Source: Kordiimonas lipolytica (GTDB taxonomy: Bacteria; Pseudomonadota; Alphaproteobacteria; Sphingomonadales; Kordiimonadaceae). From it: a DNA stretch of 24,000 nt. Of this stretch, positions 21,222 to 24,000 are shown piece after piece. The stretch's first letter is position 1. Every line of letters starts with the position of its first letter. Both the position numbers and the translations under genes were made by a program. Below the pieces are notes generated by a model. That model did not search any database. It worked only from the letters and a program-made list of their open reading frames with translations, and was not told where the DNA came from. Where the stretch lies: the NCBI RefSeq assembly GCF_042651265.1, contig NZ_JBHSCR010000003.1, forward strand, positions 529,838 through 553,837, in the 5' to 3' direction.

Positions 21222-24000
21222 TCAATATTTGTTGAGGGCGCTGGTGTTCGCCAGTGCATATTCGCGCCCGAAAACGGATTTCTTGCAGGTGTTGCAAACC
21301 TTGGTGATTGGCGGTTTTACCGTCATGTCAAACATCAGGCAGTCCACCTTGGCGCGGACATTGTGGTTGTCCACCAGGTCAGCGAAGTTCGTGAAGCCGC
21401 ACATGCAGTGGGGCCCCTGGCCAATGCCCACAGCGATATTCTTCAGCGTGGTGAGATCGGTATCCAGGTAATAGGTTTTGTCTGACGTGCCCTGATACCA
21501 GTATTTGTTACCGGTTTGCGCAGCCGTGGGTAAATAGAGGGGAGTCAGCCCAAGGAAGTGGCCCACTTCATGGGCCGCGGTGGAATAGACTTCATCCCCT
21601 GCGGACGGTCCCAACTGTTCCGCATAGCGGCAGGCTGTCATGACGGCCGGTTCCTTGTTCACAGACAGGCCGCAGATGATCTGCAAGTCGATCAAAGTGA
21701 TCTTGACCCAGAGGTCTTTGATGTTTTCACCGTGCTTGTTCACATTCTGCAGGTCAATTTCCAGGTTATAGCTGCCGTCTGCATTGTCCGTCAGCTTCAC
21801 CTTGTTGTCGGGGATGTTTTCGGTCCAGCGGTGAATGAATCCCAGGGAATATTTCTGCAGCGTGGCGGAGCCGGGCACCATGAAGCGGCTGCTGGTTGAC
21901 GTGTCGAAGCGCCGTTTGCCAAGGCTTGCAACAAATTTGTTGCCGTTGACCACGGGCTTTGAAAACCATTGCTCGCGCTGAGTGGTGGCCCATGCCACAT
22001 GCTCGATGAACATCAGGTTGAAGGCCCGGTCTGTATAGTCCGGCAGCGATCCATCGAGGATACGGGCGTCGATCCAGTCAGAATACTGCGGGGTACGGGG
22101 GCTTTTGCTGGTGTAAAGCGCTGGCACATTGTCCACTTCCGTTACATCGGGGCTGGTTGCCAGTTCCAGGAAGCTTTCGGCAAAGGTGTTCTGAAGCTTG
22201 CCGCGATTGAACAGGTCTGAATAGTTGTCTTGATACGACAGGACATCGTGGCGCTTCATGGCAGCCACACTATAGTTGATCTTGCGCCACGCCGTGACAG
22301 GTTTGGTCTTGTAGCTTACAGGGGCCTTGGTGGCGTCAGCCCCAAAGGTTGCGGCGCCGGTTGCCGCGTCGTCCGTAAGGAAAGAAACCCCGGTGAACTT
22401 GAGGCCACCATACCGGCCGATCTTCAGCCGGGTTGATGCCTTGCCGCTGCTGTTGGTTGAGGCGGGCAGGTGGGTATCGAGCTTCATGGATTTGGTTGCC
22501 GCGGGTATATCGCTGGCGTTGCCGGGGTCGGCCCACAGCATGAAATCGATTCCAATTCCTTTGACGGCCGGTTCAGTGGTGGCTGTGACCAGCATGTTCT
22601 GACCGGTTTTGGCCTCGTCCTGGTTGGTGTTGGCCGTTTGGCTGAAGTCTATCGGCTGGTTGGTATATTGACGCCAATTGTCGATATTGGGGGTGAGGCT
22701 GGCAATCTTGACCACTGTTGCAGCTGCCCAGTCCCCGTTTCTAGCCGGCTTGATGCTGTCAGGCGCGCCCTGGAAGGCGGCGTCATCCTTGTCCTTGCGG
22801 TCCATGCCAAGCGACAGGTGAATGTCGCGGGCCTGTGTGCTTGGGTCTGATCCGTCAGATTGCAGCCAATAGGTTTTGTCCGACCCCAGGTCAGACTTTT
22901 TCAGCGTCAGCGGCTGGCCTTTTTTGCTGACAATCCTGCCGTTGGTTGCAGCGTCCCAAACCGACGCCTTGTCGCTTGAGACATCCAGCGAAATGACATG
23001 CTCCCCGGCGTCACCAGGCCAGGTGTCTGTCGCCACCTTGCTGACGACCAGTTTTGCCCGGCCAAACAGCGTGCTGTCCTGCAGGGGCAGGAAACGCCCG
23101 GTCTGCCATTTGGCTCTGTCGGTCATTGCCACAGCCTTGATCGGCGATTGGGTGCCGTCGTCACGGAAGACCTGTAGCGTCAGGGCTATCACGCCCAACT
23201 GCTTGGTTACCGGGTCTTTGACGACGAAAGGTGGCTTTGTTCCCAGGTCGCTAGGGGGCTTTGCCAGCGACAGGGTCAGGCTGGTCTTGCCCGTTTTTGC
23301 GCCGGAAAGGTAGTAGGTCTTGTCTTTTTTCAACAGGTCGGCGTTCGGGATGGTTGCCTTGTTGCCGACAAATTGTATCTCGTCTGTGCAGTCCTTGTCG
23401 CGGAAGATACGGATGCCCGCATTGTCGCGTGCCAGCGTGCCGTCGCCTTGATAGCCGATCTGCGTGTCTGACTGGGTGCAATAGAAATGCGCCAGGGTCG
23501 GGCTGGTGGCGTTTTTCTTGTCGCCGTCGTCGAAGCCGCGGGATTGCAGAACCAGATCATAGTCTGTTTCAATCACCGGGGTTACGGTGTTGGTTTTCTC
23601 AACCACAAGGGGTGGTTCGCCCACCTCATTGATAGTCGCCAACTGGCTGGAAGGGTTGGTGACGATATAAGGGTCACTCGCCTCTGCGGGGGTGAGCTTC
23701 AGCGATACCGTGTCCTCTGGCACCGTGTCGCCAAGCCATTGAACCGTATATTCATTTTTGGTGTTGGTGATGGCCTCGTTTGAAAGAGTCACGGACAGGT
23801 TATTGCCGGAAAAGAGCGGCCGTTTGTCACTTTTGTAGACGCCCAGAAGTTTGTCTGAGCGGGTTAGGGTCGCGGTGCCCGTGAAATTGCCGCCGCCGCT
23901 GGTTTTCTGGGTAATATAGGCGCGCACCGGCGTGCCGTCGCCTGCCTGGCTTTCCGGCAGAATGCGGATCGCGGTGGATTGCCAGTCCACGTGCGAGACC
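21222..24000 (-). CDS. Large (>920 aa) multi-domain protein with C-terminal HEXXH zinc-metalloprotease-like domain and Cys-rich tail; N-terminus off-window
   Basis: ...DEVYSTAAHEVGHFLGLTPLY... is an HExxHxxG motif. The tail ...GPHCMCGF...VDCLMF...KVCNTCKK has 6 Cys. The N-terminal ~600 aa look like repeated beta-rich modules (recurring ...KDKTYYLSGAKTGKTSLTLSL... / ...SDKTYWLQSDGSD...IHLSLG...). The track 'start' at 23990 is a GTG, and the frame stays open to the window edge (codons at 23991-23999 read V-S-H), so the gene is probably 5'-truncated by the window. Confidence 0.7.
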   Translation of the reverse strand, partial: VSHVDWQSTAIRILPESQAGDGTPVRAYITQKTSGGGNFTGTATLTRSDKLLGVYKSDKRPLFSGNNLSVTLSNEAITNTKNEYTVQWLGDTVPEDTVSLKLTPAEASDPYIVTNPSSQLATINEVGEPPLVVEKTNTVTPVIETDYDLVLQSRGFDDGDKKNATSPTLAHFYCTQSDTQIGYQGDGTLARDNAGIRIFRDKDCTDEIQFVGNKATIPNADLLKKDKTYYLSGAKTGKTSLTLSLAKPPSDLGTKPPFVVKDPVTKQLGVIALTLQVFRDDGTQSPIKAVAMTDRAKWQTGRFLPLQDSTLFGRAKLVVSKVATDTWPGDAGEHVISLDVSSDKASVWDAATNGRIVSKKGQPLTLKKSDLGSDKTYWLQSDGSDPSTQARDIHLSLGMDRKDKDDAAFQGAPDSIKPARNGDWAAATVVKIASLTPNIDNWRQYTNQPIDFSQTANTNQDEAKTGQNMLVTATTEPAVKGIGIDFMLWADPGNASDIPAATKSMKLDTHLPASTNSSGKASTRLKIGRYGGLKFTGVSFLTDDAATGAATFGADATKAPVSYKTKPVTAWRKINYSVAAMKRHDVLSYQDNYSDLFNRGKLQNTFAESFLELATSPDVTEVDNVPALYTSKSPRTPQYSDWIDARILDGSLPDYTDRAFNLMFIEHVAWATTQREQWFSKPVVNGNKFVASLGKRRFDTSTSSRFMVPGSATLQKYSLGFIHRWTENIPDNKVKLTDNADGSYNLEIDLQNVNKHGENIKDLWVKITLIDLQIICGLSVNKEPAVMTACRYAEQLGPSAGDEVYSTAAHEVGHFLGLTPLYLPTAAQTGNKYWYQGTSDKTYYLDTDLTTLKNIAVGIGQGPHCMCGFTNFADLVDNHNVRAKVDCLMFDMTVKPPITKVCNTCKKSVFGREYALANTSALNKY

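Overview
GC-rich, apparently alphaproteobacterial chromosomal segment with two parts. The left ~10.8 kb is housekeeping. It holds a DUF547 protein gene that runs off the window edge, an intact IS3-family (IS407-group) insertion sequence with inverted repeats and a 4-bp target duplication, and mlaA/vacJ. It also holds an ArsR-SAM-methyltransferase regulator followed by metF and a two-gene (split) cobalamin-dependent methionine synthase, a secreted MBL-fold hydrolase and a PAS_5-type protein. The right ~13 kb (about 11.0-24.0 kb) is the interesting part: a very large R-body (refractile body, reb) locus. Ten consecutive plus-strand genes (14046-18654) encode RebB / 'killing trait' family proteins of at least four sequence classes. 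They are followed by an ECF-type sigma factor with a ~190-aa Pro/Gly/Glu-rich N-terminal extension. Divergent from the array are four unrecognisable proteins that are acidic, coiled-coil, P/Q-rich or Lys-tailed. Convergent on the sigma gene is an operon encoding a >920-aa HEXXH metalloprotease-like protein plus a 310-aa unknown protein. Reading the intergenic regions, I found eight copies of a fixed-geometry motif, TCAC-N16-CGTC, which resembles ECF promoters. Each copy sits in the correct orientation upstream of a reb gene, the sigma gene itself, or the divergent acidic-protein gene. This suggests one autoregulated sigma regulon linking the R-body genes to previously undescribed accessory proteins. 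All functional calls rest on recognising motifs in the translations; no database search was possible.
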